Assembly (NCBI GenBank): GCA_034722775.1
Contig: JAYEOH010000027.1
Coordinates: forward strand, 19,595 to 57,389
Direction of reading: 5' to 3'
DNA: 37,795 nt
Source: Campylobacterota bacterium
Lineage (GTDB): Bacteria > Campylobacterota > Campylobacteria > Campylobacterales > Sulfurovaceae
A program made the position numbers and the translations under genes. The notes under the pieces were generated by a model. It worked only from the letters and a program-made list of their open reading frames with translations, was not told where the DNA came from and did no database searches. This document shows, one piece after another, positions 8,342 through 16,274 of the stretch. Every line of letters begins with the position of its first letter. The stretch's first letter is position 1.

Positions 8342-8809
8342 TTACTTTTGCAATACTTCCAACTTCTCTTTCACCTCGTCAACATGCCCCTTAACTCTGA
8401 CTTTTTCCCATTTGGCAGCGATTTTACCATCAGGATCGATGACAAAAGTACTTCTCACAACCCCCATATACTCTCTGCCATAATTCTTTTTGAGCTGCCA
8501 GACACCGAAACTCTTGCAAAGCTCTTTCTCTTCGTCCGCCAGCAGTGTGATCTTCAGCTCTCTCTTTTCGATAAAGTTTCGATGCTTTTTGGGACTGTCC
8601 GGACTGACTCCCAGAACAATCGCACTCAATCCTTCAAACTCCGGCAACGCACTGGTAAAGTCACAGGCTTCAGTGGTGCACCCAGGCGTATTGTCTTTGG
8701 GGTAAAAGTAGAGTACGATCCACCTACCTCTGATATCTCTAAGGCATATCTCCTCTTCATCCTGATTAGGCAGACAAAAATCTAATACTTCAGTACCAAC
8801 TTCCAACAT
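8342..8809 (-). CDS. bcp: thiol peroxidase / peroxiredoxin Bcp
   Basis: WIVLYFYPKDNTPGCTTEACDF is the Bcp/PrxQ active-site motif. The start is moved to ATG 8809 (MLEVGTEVLDF...), which has an AGGAG RBS. The upstream 56 codons of the track ORF have no RBS or homology. Confidence 0.9.
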   Translation of the reverse strand: MLEVGTEVLDFCLPNQDEEEICLRDIRGRWIVLYFYPKDNTPGCTTEACDFTSALPEFEGLSAIVLGVSPDSPKKHRNFIEKRELKITLLADEEKELCKSFGVWQLKKNYGREYMGVVRSTFVIDPDGKIAAKWEKVRVKGHVDEVKEKLEVLQK

Positions 8810-8850
8810 CACTACTCCTTTTATAATTACTTTTTTGCTAGTATAACAGA

Positions 8851-9069
8851 ATGAATAATAAAAAGAGACAAACAGAAGAAGAACTACTCGCGGATATTGA
8901 AAAACTGATCCGTTACGATGAGAGCGACAAAAAGGCAATCGACCCAAAGCTTTTAGCATATCTTGACGAAGAGGCACTCATCTCCATCAAATCATCACTG
9001 CTCCAAAGAGTAGGCACTCTCAGCGAGGAGGACAAGGATTGGCTGCAACAGTTCAAGAAATACGAGTAG
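8851..9069 (+). CDS. hypothetical small acidic protein
   Basis: 72-aa ORF divergent from bcp, with helical/charged composition. No family recognised and the RBS is weak. Confidence 0.45.
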   Translation: MNNKKRQTEEELLADIEKLIRYDESDKKAIDPKLLAYLDEEALISIKSSLLQRVGTLSEEDKDWLQQFKKYE

Positions 9070-9078
9070 AGACTTGAC

Positions 9079-10527
9079 CTACTTTTTCTCGCGCAAATCT
9101 ATCGAACGATCAAATTCGATATTGTACTTCTTGAGAATATTTGCCTGCTGGGAGAGCGCCTCTTTGCGATCGATAACCACTTTTGCCCCATCTTTATCTT
9201 CGAACACCATATACTCACCGTCAAAATCTTGTACCATTTGATAAAAAGTGTCGAAAGTATCGAAGGTTTTTCCGTTAACTTTTTCAATGGGCCAGAGTGC
9301 AAAACTATAGTTTCCCCGATTGAGCTCGCCGGGGAGTACCTTGAGCAGCACAACGACCTCTTTTTTCTCTTCGGTCGGCCATTTTGTCGCAAAATAACGC
9401 AATGCCAGCTTATTTTGACTGCTTTTCCTGAGCAGGTTGCGACTCAATGGAGAGAAAACATATCCGCCATAGATAAAATATCTGGGCATCTTGTCGTACT
9501 CAGTTGTCTTTACCAGCAAGAGGTCATCAGCGACATGCTCGAGTCTTGCTTCTACTTTCATCTTTTTGCGATCTCTGACAATATCAAGCGATATCTTCTC
9601 TCCCAGCTGATGCTGGTCAATGAAATGGTGAAAAGAGGTATATTCATGCTCTCTAAATTCAACCGTACCATCATCCTCGATATTGTGCCCGTCGACTGCC
9701 GTAATGATATCGCCCTCTTGCACTATATCCTGAAGCAAAGTATTGTAGACGAGATTGGCGACCAGATTTCCTGTTATGTTGCCATCGAGATGATAAAATC
9801 TTTTGATCGTCGGATTTTCCATCCTTTGTGTTGTCAATCCCAAGTCGGCAAATCCATCATAACTGCCATCTTTGATATCCTCAAGGAAATGTTTGACCAT
9901 CGTCACCGGTACCAGATAGCCGATATTTTGTGATTTGCTCAAATTCTGCATCACGACTCCCACAATCTTCCCGTCAGTGAGAGCAGGACCTCCACTATTT
10001 CCGGGGTTGACTGCGGCATCGACCTGTACTGCCAAAAAAGATTCTCCGCTATGGGCATAACGATGATGCTCGATCCTGGAAACTACACCGGTAGTTGCCG
10101 AGAGCGCTTTGCCCCCCAGAGGAAAACCATATACCACAACCTTCTGCTCAATAGTAGGAAGATCACCCAGCTCCAAAGGCACTACCCCTTTAAAAAACTC
10201 CTTTTTATCCACTTCCAAAAGTGCCATATCTGCCTGATGCGATACACTCAATACTTTTGCATGATAACGCTTGCGTTCACCATATCGCTGTACCTCAATA
10301 AATGTCTGGTTCGCTATGACATGGGCATTTGTCAAGATACGATTGCCCGAAATAATCGCACCGGAACCGCTGGAGCGGCGCATCGAACTGCTCCATGGCT
10401 CCAGATAATTGGGCACCTTGGAAACCGTGTAGATTTTAACAATCGCCTGTTTGATACGATAGTCGTTTGCGCCGCCCTCTGCCCAAAGCTGCAAGCTCAG
10501 CACTGCTACTATCCAGATAAATCGCAT
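9079..10527 (-). CDS. secreted trypsin-like (S1C, DegP/HtrA-related) serine protease
   Basis: Signal peptide MRFIWIVAVLSLQLWA. Catalytic triad contexts are ILTNAHV (His), ADMALLEV (Asp) and GNSGGP (Ser). The C-terminal half is PDZ-like. Confidence 0.85.
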   Translation of the reverse strand: MRFIWIVAVLSLQLWAEGGANDYRIKQAIVKIYTVSKVPNYLEPWSSSMRRSSGSGAIISGNRILTNAHVIANQTFIEVQRYGERKRYHAKVLSVSHQADMALLEVDKKEFFKGVVPLELGDLPTIEQKVVVYGFPLGGKALSATTGVVSRIEHHRYAHSGESFLAVQVDAAVNPGNSGGPALTDGKIVGVVMQNLSKSQNIGYLVPVTMVKHFLEDIKDGSYDGFADLGLTTQRMENPTIKRFYHLDGNITGNLVANLVYNTLLQDIVQEGDIITAVDGHNIEDDGTVEFREHEYTSFHHFIDQHQLGEKISLDIVRDRKKMKVEARLEHVADDLLLVKTTEYDKMPRYFIYGGYVFSPLSRNLLRKSSQNKLALRYFATKWPTEEKKEVVVLLKVLPGELNRGNYSFALWPIEKVNGKTFDTFDTFYQMVQDFDGEYMVFEDKDGAKVVIDRKEALSQQANILKKYNIEFDRSIDLREKK

Positions 10528-10551
10528 TGTACCCCTTTCTATAAATTTCTC

Positions 10552-11019
10552 TTACCCGATATATCCGGATTTTCTCGCAAGATCATCCAGATACTCTTCT
10601 GCATCCCAGCACTCTATCCCCTGTCTTTGAGCCTCCGCCGACATCAGTCCGCTGCCTTCAGAACTCAATAATCTTTTTTTACTGTCATAAACCCGTGCAC
10701 TGCAAACCCCGCAGCTGGGGCTGCGATCTTTTCCTACATAGAGCTCAATACCAGAGTAGGTATCAAAAAAATTTCTGGCATACTGCTCTACCGGAGGAGA
10801 CAAATCTGCACCTGTCAAATTGGAAATCGCTTTGAGTCCATAGTCTGTTTCGACCAGATCCATGGTAGGGCGCGGAGAACCAAATGCATACTCCTCAGGA
10901 CAAAAGGGCAGCAGCATATACCCTTCCAGCTTTCCGAGCAGCCTGACATCGAGATTGTCCGTGGCATCATACCGGCACTTTTGACCCATCAGACATGCAG
11001 AGATCGCAGCCTTTTTCAT
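10552..11019 (-). CDS. DUF523 (YbbK/TudS-like) Cys-rich protein
   Basis: MKKAAISACLMGQKCRYDATDN matches the DUF523 N-terminal ACL.G..CRYDG motif. ATG 11019 has a GGAG RBS and a TATAAT at 11042-11047 (minus). The 43 upstream codons of the track ORF translate the structured intergenic element. Confidence 0.75.
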   Translation of the reverse strand: MKKAAISACLMGQKCRYDATDNLDVRLLGKLEGYMLLPFCPEEYAFGSPRPTMDLVETDYGLKAISNLTGADLSPPVEQYARNFFDTYSGIELYVGKDRSPSCGVCSARVYDSKKRLLSSEGSGLMSAEAQRQGIECWDAEEYLDDLARKSGYIG

Positions 11020-11053
11020 ATCAAACTCCTCACAAAGGTATATTATACCTCCA

Positions 11054-11315
11054 GTGCCGTTAAGCCAAGGTTTTTTATCGGAAACTCCCGAATAGCAGAG
11101 GCAAAGCCTTCCGATTCCAGAATGCATATAGGGCACCTCCATTGTCATTAAGTTAACTCTCTAGGACACTCGAACTTGTTCGAGTCAATGCCGTAATTAG
11201 AAGGCTTGAGTCTTTGCCTCGAACAAGTTGCCCATAGGAAATGCCCTCGGGGTGCGAGGTTCCAGCAAGTTCTTAACTTAATGGCAATTGAGGTCGCCTC
11301 TTAGCCTAACGGCAC
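11054..11315. ncRNA. candidate structured RNA or palindromic element of unknown family (about 260 nt)
   Basis: Nested long-range complementarity. Helix A is 11054-11066 / 11303-11315 (11 Watson-Crick pairs of 13). The side hairpin is 11077-11083 / 11109-11115. Helix B is 11135-11156 / 11273-11294 (20 WC + 1 GU + 1 mismatch over 22). Helix C is 11173-11184 / 11218-11229 (12 bp). Hairpin D is 11237-11240 + 11245-11249 / 11255-11263. No protein-coding signal, and the strand is undetermined. Confidence 0.35.
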
Positions 11316-11327
11316 CGAAGAGCACCC

Positions 11328-11807
11328 TTAATAGACAAACAAAAAAAGGTAGACCCAAAGCCCCGTCAAGGAGGTTAGGAAAATCCCCCATGCACTTTGC
11401 ATACCCAATCTTTTATGGGCGGCAGAGAGGCTTCCGGGAAGTCTATTGTTTCGGTAGGCGATCATACCTGCTATGATCGTTCGACTCCACCACACGACTG
11501 TTACGACAGAGACAAAAATATGGAAGAGCAAAAAATAGAAGATAAAACTTTCCGAAAGAGAACTCTCTTTGACAAAAGCTTCAAACCCTCCATCCACACG
11601 CACTCCATACTCAAAGTAACTGACTACTACCACAGAAAAAACAAAGAGAAAAAGCTGGAAAGCGATATGAAGCTTAAACATTTTTTTCTTTGCCAGAAGT
11701 ATGGCAAACGCAACGAGAAGCGGCAGCAGTGTTACAATGATCGTCACAAAGTCCATAAAGAAAGGTGCTCTGGTGCCCAGAAAACCGGGCTGAAACATAT
11801 ACTCCAT
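11328..11807 (-). CDS. DUF420 family membrane protein
   Basis: Topology and motifs resemble DUF420 (K..H....QL, FHI..SVV, HKRLGM...WGIFLTSLTGLWVYL). It starts 18 nt after the aldehyde dehydrogenase stop. Confidence 0.7.
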   Translation of the reverse strand: MEYMFQPGFLGTRAPFFMDFVTIIVTLLPLLVAFAILLAKKKMFKLHIAFQLFLFVFSVVVVSYFEYGVRVDGGFEAFVKESSLSESFIFYFLLFHIFVSVVTVVWWSRTIIAGMIAYRNNRLPGSLSAAHKRLGMQSAWGIFLTSLTGLWVYLFLFVY

Positions 11808-11825
11808 CTCAAACCTTTATTGTTT

Positions 11826-13274
11826 TTAGCAGATCACGATAGATTTGATCTCGGTAAACTCTTCCAGTGCCCACTTTGGACCCTCACGGCCGACACCGGA
11901 GAGTTTGCTGCCGCCATAAGGCTGCACATCAAAGCGTAGTGTTGGGATATCATTGATCACGACACCGCCGCACTGGGCATCATCTATAAAACGCTGTGTC
12001 AATCTGAGGTCGTTGGTAAAGATACTGAACTGCAGTCCAAAGGGTGAATCATTCATCTTTTCGATTGCTGACTCATAGTTGTCAACAGCCACCAAGCTGA
12101 CAATCGGAGCAAAGACCTCTTCGCAGATGATCTTCATCTCATCAGTGACATCAGCCATTACAGTCGGCGGAAATATCCCCTCGACCTCTTCTCCTCCGGC
12201 AATGACTCGGGCACCTTCATTTTTGGCTGAAGCGACCCAGGTTCTGGCACGCTGCCTGGCATCATCATCAATCAACGGTCCCATAAAGGTCTCCTCTTCA
12301 TAAGGACTCCCCACCTTCAGCTTAACTGTCTCTGTAGCTATCAACTCTGCAAAAACTTCATAAGCTTCTTCGTGAACATAGATACGCTGCAGCGAGATAC
12401 AAACCTGACCGCTGTTATAGAATGCTCCAAAAGCACAACGCTGGGCAGCCAAGGCGAGATCAGCACTCTGGTCGATATAGGTAGCAGCGTTACCGCCGAG
12501 TTCCAGGCTGACTTTTTTGATCCCTGCCTGTTTGGTAATGATGTTCCCCACCGGTACAGAACCTGTGAAGCTGATCACCCTGGGGATCGCACTCTGTACC
12601 AGAGTCGAGCCCACTTCTGCATCACCATAAATGACGCTCAGGGCATCTTTGGTCGCATACTCCGAATCGATAAATGCTTTAGCAAACATATAAGCTGTTC
12701 GGGGTGCTTCCGGAGTGGGCTTGAGTACGACACAATTTCCGGCACCCAGAGCAGGTGCGATTTTGTGGGCAACTAGATTGAGCGGGAAATTAAAGGGTGT
12801 GATGCAGACCACGACCCCTGCCGGATCTCTTCGGAAAAATGCCATGGTTCGCTTCCCGCTTGGCATCAGGTCAGTTGGTATCGTTTCACCATGCAGGTTT
12901 GCCAACTCTGCGATCGTAATCTTGATCGTTTCAATGCAGCGATCCACTTCGATGCGCGAAAATGCAATAGGTTTTGACACCTCATCAGTCAGTGTCAATG
13001 CAAAAGCCTCTCTCTCTTGTGTCAGCGTGTGTGCAACATCTTCCAGCCACTTGATGCGCTGCGAGAGTGGTACTTTTGCTGCATCAGCTTTCGCCGCATC
13101 AGCAATCTTCAAGGCACGCTTTGCATCTTCTGCATCACAGAGCGGAACCACACTCACAACGCTTCCGTCAAAAGGACTCTTGCGTTCTGCCGTTGCCTCC
13201 CTGCTCTCTTCGCTGGAGCCAAAAAAAACTTTGACAGCTTTATTCTCTTCTTTGTTTTCGAATAATCCAAACAT
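11826..13274 (-). CDS. NAD(P)+-dependent aldehyde dehydrogenase family protein
   Basis: ALDH hallmarks: catalytic Glu context SLELGGNAA, catalytic Cys context FYNSGQVCISLQRIYV and cofactor motif ISFTGSVPVG. AGGGGA RBS. Confidence 0.9.
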   Translation of the reverse strand: MFGLFENKEENKAVKVFFGSSEESREATAERKSPFDGSVVSVVPLCDAEDAKRALKIADAAKADAAKVPLSQRIKWLEDVAHTLTQEREAFALTLTDEVSKPIAFSRIEVDRCIETIKITIAELANLHGETIPTDLMPSGKRTMAFFRRDPAGVVVCITPFNFPLNLVAHKIAPALGAGNCVVLKPTPEAPRTAYMFAKAFIDSEYATKDALSVIYGDAEVGSTLVQSAIPRVISFTGSVPVGNIITKQAGIKKVSLELGGNAATYIDQSADLALAAQRCAFGAFYNSGQVCISLQRIYVHEEAYEVFAELIATETVKLKVGSPYEEETFMGPLIDDDARQRARTWVASAKNEGARVIAGGEEVEGIFPPTVMADVTDEMKIICEEVFAPIVSLVAVDNYESAIEKMNDSPFGLQFSIFTNDLRLTQRFIDDAQCGGVVINDIPTLRFDVQPYGGSKLSGVGREGPKWALEEFTEIKSIVIC

Positions 13275-13347
13275 ATAATCCCCTATTTACTCGCTGTGGA
13301 GTGATATGAGATAATTGTATCAAAAGTGGGATTAAGAAATTGCTCTG

Positions 13348-13409
13348 TAGGGTCGATTTATCGACTATTGATCCAAAGTTGTACTGCTTTGGTCGATAAA
13401 TCAACCCTA
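13348..13409. repeat. 18-bp inverted repeat (one mismatch) enclosing a 5-bp inner hairpin; equivalently two copies of a 14-bp near-palindrome GTCGATWWATCRAC spaced 40 bp apart
   Basis: 13348-13365 (tagggtcgatttatcgac) pairs with 13392-13409 (gtcgataaatcaacccta), with one A/C mismatch. The inner stem is 13374-13378 / 13387-13391. The element overlaps the stop codon of the 84-aa ORF and lies 75-135 nt upstream of the aldehyde dehydrogenase ATG. Confidence 0.8.
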
Positions 13410-13661
13410 AGGTTTCCCTGGCTTGCCCGAGGTATTGTGACATTTGGACGCATCATCACAATAACTCCGTTTGAGTATAAACTTGAAGATCAGGTCCTTT
13501 GTGACCAATGCCAAACAGAAGACCCACAAAATATCCATGATGATATTGGGCTTGTATTCAAGTCCATAAAGCAGCAGAGGCCAGCCGATGAGGATAATAT
13601 ACTTCATGTAGTAGAAAAAAAGTATCCCTACACCATAAATCTCTTTGAGGATTTTAGGCAT
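13407..13661 (-). CDS. hypothetical small membrane protein (last ORF of the nap transcription unit)
   Basis: Starts 2 nt after the stop of the preceding ORF, suggesting coupling. Two hydrophobic helices. No family recognised. Confidence 0.45.
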   Translation of the reverse strand: MPKILKEIYGVGILFFYYMKYIILIGWPLLLYGLEYKPNIIMDILWVFCLALVTKDLIFKFILKRSYCDDASKCHNTSGKPGKP

Positions 13662-13663
13662 CC

Positions 13664-13972
13664 CTAAGCTTGAAAATTCGGTGTGCCGTCAGGCATGTTG
13701 CTCTCGCCATCTTTTTTTGCTTCCTGTTCCGCTTCATATGCATTCATCTGCATGCGCACTTCATTTATCTGCTCTGGAGTGACAGCATCTTCGCTTGACC
13801 ATATCACTTCCACTATGCCATCATACTCTTTGCCCATCTCTTCAAGCTTATCTGCATACTCATAGACATCCATACAAAACTGAGGCTCTTCATCTTTCAT
13901 CGTATCACTCAGCTCTATATACCATCTGCCCAGAGGGCTTGTTTTGATTGTTGATTCGATTACACCTGCCAT
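13664..13972 (-). CDS. hypothetical acidic soluble protein downstream of napD
   Basis: AGGAG RBS. 102 aa, strongly acidic, no signal peptide. Starts 8 nt after the napD stop. Confidence 0.6.
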   Translation of the reverse strand: MAGVIESTIKTSPLGRWYIELSDTMKDEEPQFCMDVYEYADKLEEMGKEYDGIVEVIWSSEDAVTPEQINEVRMQMNAYEAEQEAKKDGESNMPDGTPNFQA

Positions 13973-13980
13973 ATTTTCTC

Positions 13981-14340
13981 CTAAAACCCTAAATCTTTAT
14001 TTTTTAAGTCGCCATTATAAACAATATCTCTTACATCAAGATCATCATCATTCAACATTGGCGGAACCATATCCTGTTCATTAAGAATTTTGATCTCTTC
14101 ATCCAGACTCTCTTCCTGATATGTCATCATCATGTCTGCAGCAATAACATGTCTCATTTCCTGGATTTTAACAAGTTTTGCTATCTCTTCACCTACATCT
14201 TCACCTTCGACAGTAATAATAATCTTTCCTGTCTCTTTATCATGAAGATGATAGTCGCAAATCTCTGAATTTTTAAACTCTTCGATCAGTTCATCTATAT
14301 ATTTTGGCAGTGCTTGTACTACGATACTTGATACATTCAT
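13981..14340 (-). CDS. napD: NapD-like chaperone for NapA maturation
   Basis: The N-terminal ISSIVVQALP...ICDYHLHDKETGKIIITVEGED...IQEMRHVIAADMMMTY follows the NapD pattern (I.S.VV....E.......G.E.H.....GK.VV..E........I..I..L.GV....LVY). Its position at the end of the nap operon also fits. Confidence 0.8.
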   Translation of the reverse strand: MNVSSIVVQALPKYIDELIEEFKNSEICDYHLHDKETGKIIITVEGEDVGEEIAKLVKIQEMRHVIAADMMMTYQEESLDEEIKILNEQDMVPPMLNDDDLDVRDIVYNGDLKNKDLGF

Positions 14341-14379
14341 TTTTTTCCTTTTATTTGAGGGCAGAACTTTTCATGACCT

Positions 14380-15339
14380 CTATTTATTTTCTAAGTTCCA
14401 TACCATTATGGTATTGTCATCACTCGCGGAGAAAAGCTTCTTTTCATCCTTGAAAATAATGACATTAAGTGTACTCTTTTGCCCTTCAAGCAGTGCTATT
14501 TTTGACTTGCTTGAAGTGCTGTAGATAGAGATATTGTTCTTTTCATCCATCGCAAATGCAACCTTGGATGCAGAGGGACTGAGAGCTGTGGCATAGATAA
14601 GAAAATGCCCCTCTATGTAGCTGCCTTTTCCGCTTTTTGCATCATAAAGGGCGCCTCTCCTGTCTTGACCGGCAGCAGAAACCATTCCGCTCTTGAAATC
14701 AACCCTGTAGACATTATCTACATTTTGTCCTTCGAGCTCCTTGAGTATCTTTCCGCTCTTCACATCCACAACACTCAGGATACCGCTCTCGCAAGAAAAG
14801 ACAACTTGACTCTTATCTTCATTAAGCGTAAAATCAGAGAATTTGGATTCACTCAACTGCACCTTGTAGAGCTCTCTCTTGCTCACGGTATCAAAAAGTG
14901 AGACTTCATTGCTGAGATAACCCAAAAGTATATGAGTCTTATCGATAAAGCGAGCTTTTATAACCGGTTTCCTGTCATTGTGATCTACAAGCTGTTTAAG
15001 CGTATCATTTTCATAGATAAAAAGATTTGCATAGCCGCCTTTACCGCTGTCGCTGAGCAGCAGATATGTACCATCAATCACATCGGTGCTCATTACTCTT
15101 GCAGGCATCATATCACCCATAAAATCTTTCACATCAGGGAGGGAGATCTCTTTGGTTTTTTCTTTTTTAACCGTATCATGAATCTCAATATGCCCCATAT
15201 CTGTAGCAACAACAAGCATATCACCATCCAGTACCATGTCTTTAGCTGTACCGTTAATCTCTATGGTATCTACAGGACCCGATGCAGGAACTGCCCAAAT
15301 AGCGGCACTCAAGAGAAATAAGAGTATAATTTTTTTCAT
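14380..15339 (-). CDS. napL: NapL, periplasmic beta-propeller (WD40-like) protein of epsilonproteobacterial nap operons
   Basis: Signal peptide MKKIILLFLLSAAIWA. Repeated beta-strand-rich units. It sits between napF and napD as in the napAGHBFLD order known from Wolinella and Campylobacter. Confidence 0.75.
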   Translation of the reverse strand: MKKIILLFLLSAAIWAVPASGPVDTIEINGTAKDMVLDGDMLVVATDMGHIEIHDTVKKEKTKEISLPDVKDFMGDMMPARVMSTDVIDGTYLLLSDSGKGGYANLFIYENDTLKQLVDHNDRKPVIKARFIDKTHILLGYLSNEVSLFDTVSKRELYKVQLSESKFSDFTLNEDKSQVVFSCESGILSVVDVKSGKILKELEGQNVDNVYRVDFKSGMVSAAGQDRRGALYDAKSGKGSYIEGHFLIYATALSPSASKVAFAMDEKNNISIYSTSSKSKIALLEGQKSTLNVIIFKDEKKLFSASDDNTIMVWNLENK

Positions 15340-15674
15340 ACAATCTCCTCTGCCTGATTGAGCACGATAGAGATAATGGCTTCTCTCTCAAGGCTTGATT
15401 TTACACCATAAAGATCCAGCTCAGTAGGAAGAAAATGCTCAAATACTTCATTGTCATGCAGCTTAACCATCAACTCCTTCATCTTCTCTTCGCCCAGAGC
15501 AATCTGTATGGGTTCTGCTATATAGATGATATAGTTGTAATCCTCTGTATCAAACTCATACTCTTCTGAATCAAAATCCTCAACATTCTCATCAACATTC
15601 AAAAGATGCCTTAACTCCAACTCTTTATCTTCTATTTTTTCAAAAAGTTTTGGATACTGCTCTTGTAACTTCAT
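15336..15674 (-). CDS. hypothetical acidic protein inserted between napF and napL
   Basis: GGAGG RBS 5 nt upstream. Its stop overlaps the napL start (ATGA). 112 aa, very acidic, no signal peptide or TM helix. Not part of the canonical napAGHBFLD set. Confidence 0.65.
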   Translation of the reverse strand: MKLQEQYPKLFEKIEDKELELRHLLNVDENVEDFDSEEYEFDTEDYNYIIYIAEPIQIALGEEKMKELMVKLHDNEVFEHFLPTELDLYGVKSSLEREAIISIVLNQAEEIV

Positions 15675-15749
15675 TTTAACCTCCGTGGGGTGCTGTTTTA
15701 TCGCACCGCTTCATCATATTGTATGCAAATGCTGTGTTGAAACAGCACT

Positions 15750-16274
15750 CTACATATTCTCTTTTGTCAGCTCATATGCTGTGTAGCTGATTGCCTGTGT
15801 CGGGCACCTTGCCAGACAAAAACCGCACCCTGTACACTTGTCATCATCTATGACGGGAGCAAACATCCCGTTAAAGAGTATGGCGTTATCTATGCATGGC
15901 TCTTTACATGCAGAGCAGATGACACCGTGGTGTGCGACACAACCCTCCAGCGAAATGCGAAACAGTGCATTGAGTCGTTCTGCCGTATCCGTGTTTTCAA
16001 GAGAGAGCACTCCCTCCTTGCAGGCATCTGCACACGCATCACAGAAGGTACACCCATTTTGCTTAAATGTCAAGAGGGGTGCACCATCATCATGGATAAA
16101 AATAATCTTTTCATCACAAGAAGCGACACAACTCTTGCTTTCACAAGAGGGGCACTTACTCTGAAAAATAGATTCAGACTCTCCGTAAGGAGGTCTCACC
16201 AGGAGGAGAGGCTCCTCATTGGCTTTATTGAGTGGTTTTGTAAAAGATTTAAATAAATCTCTTCTGCTTACCAC
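15750..16274 (-). CDS. napF: NapF, cytoplasmic poly-ferredoxin
   Basis: Four Cys clusters (CPSCESKSCVASC, CTFCDACADAC, CSACKEPC, CTGCGFCLARCP) and the vestigial N-terminal twin-arginine-like RRDLFKSF typical of NapF. The GTG start overlaps the napB TAG by 1 nt. Confidence 0.85.
   Translation of the reverse strand: MVSRRDLFKSFTKPLNKANEEPLLLVRPPYGESESIFQSKCPSCESKSCVASCDEKIIFIHDDGAPLLTFKQNGCTFCDACADACKEGVLSLENTDTAERLNALFRISLEGCVAHHGVICSACKEPCIDNAILFNGMFAPVIDDDKCTGCGFCLARCPTQAISYTAYELTKENM

Noticed and set aside
9229-10671. Plus-strand ORFs 9229-9933 (234 aa) and 10051-10671 (206 aa)
   Set aside because: Both are antisense to the serine protease and DUF523 genes, which carry clear catalytic motifs. 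The antisense translations are Cys/His/Arg-rich nonsense typical of shadow frames.
11020-11148. N-terminal extension of the DUF523 ORF (track start 11148)
   Set aside because: The DUF523 family motif begins at the ATG at 11019, which has its own GGAG RBS and a TATAAT. The extension overlaps the self-complementary element and has odd composition (LCLCYSGVSDKKPWLNGTGG).
11054-11315. Structured element as RNase P RNA, tmRNA, SRP RNA, 6S RNA or a cobalamin/TPP/FMN/glycine riboswitch
   Set aside because: The minus-strand ...AAAAAACCTTGGCTTAACGG faintly resembles the RNase P P4 3' strand, but no matching GGAAAGUCC-type 5' strand exists and the helix topology is wrong. There is no tRNA-like GGUUCGAxUCC end for tmRNA, and none of the riboswitch core motifs I checked is present. 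I left it as 'unknown' rather than naming it.
12715-13278. 187-aa plus-strand ORF (and 12372-12776) opposite the aldehyde dehydrogenase
   Set aside because: This is a shadow ORF of a gene with unambiguous ALDH catalytic motifs. It is Ser/Ala-rich with no start context.
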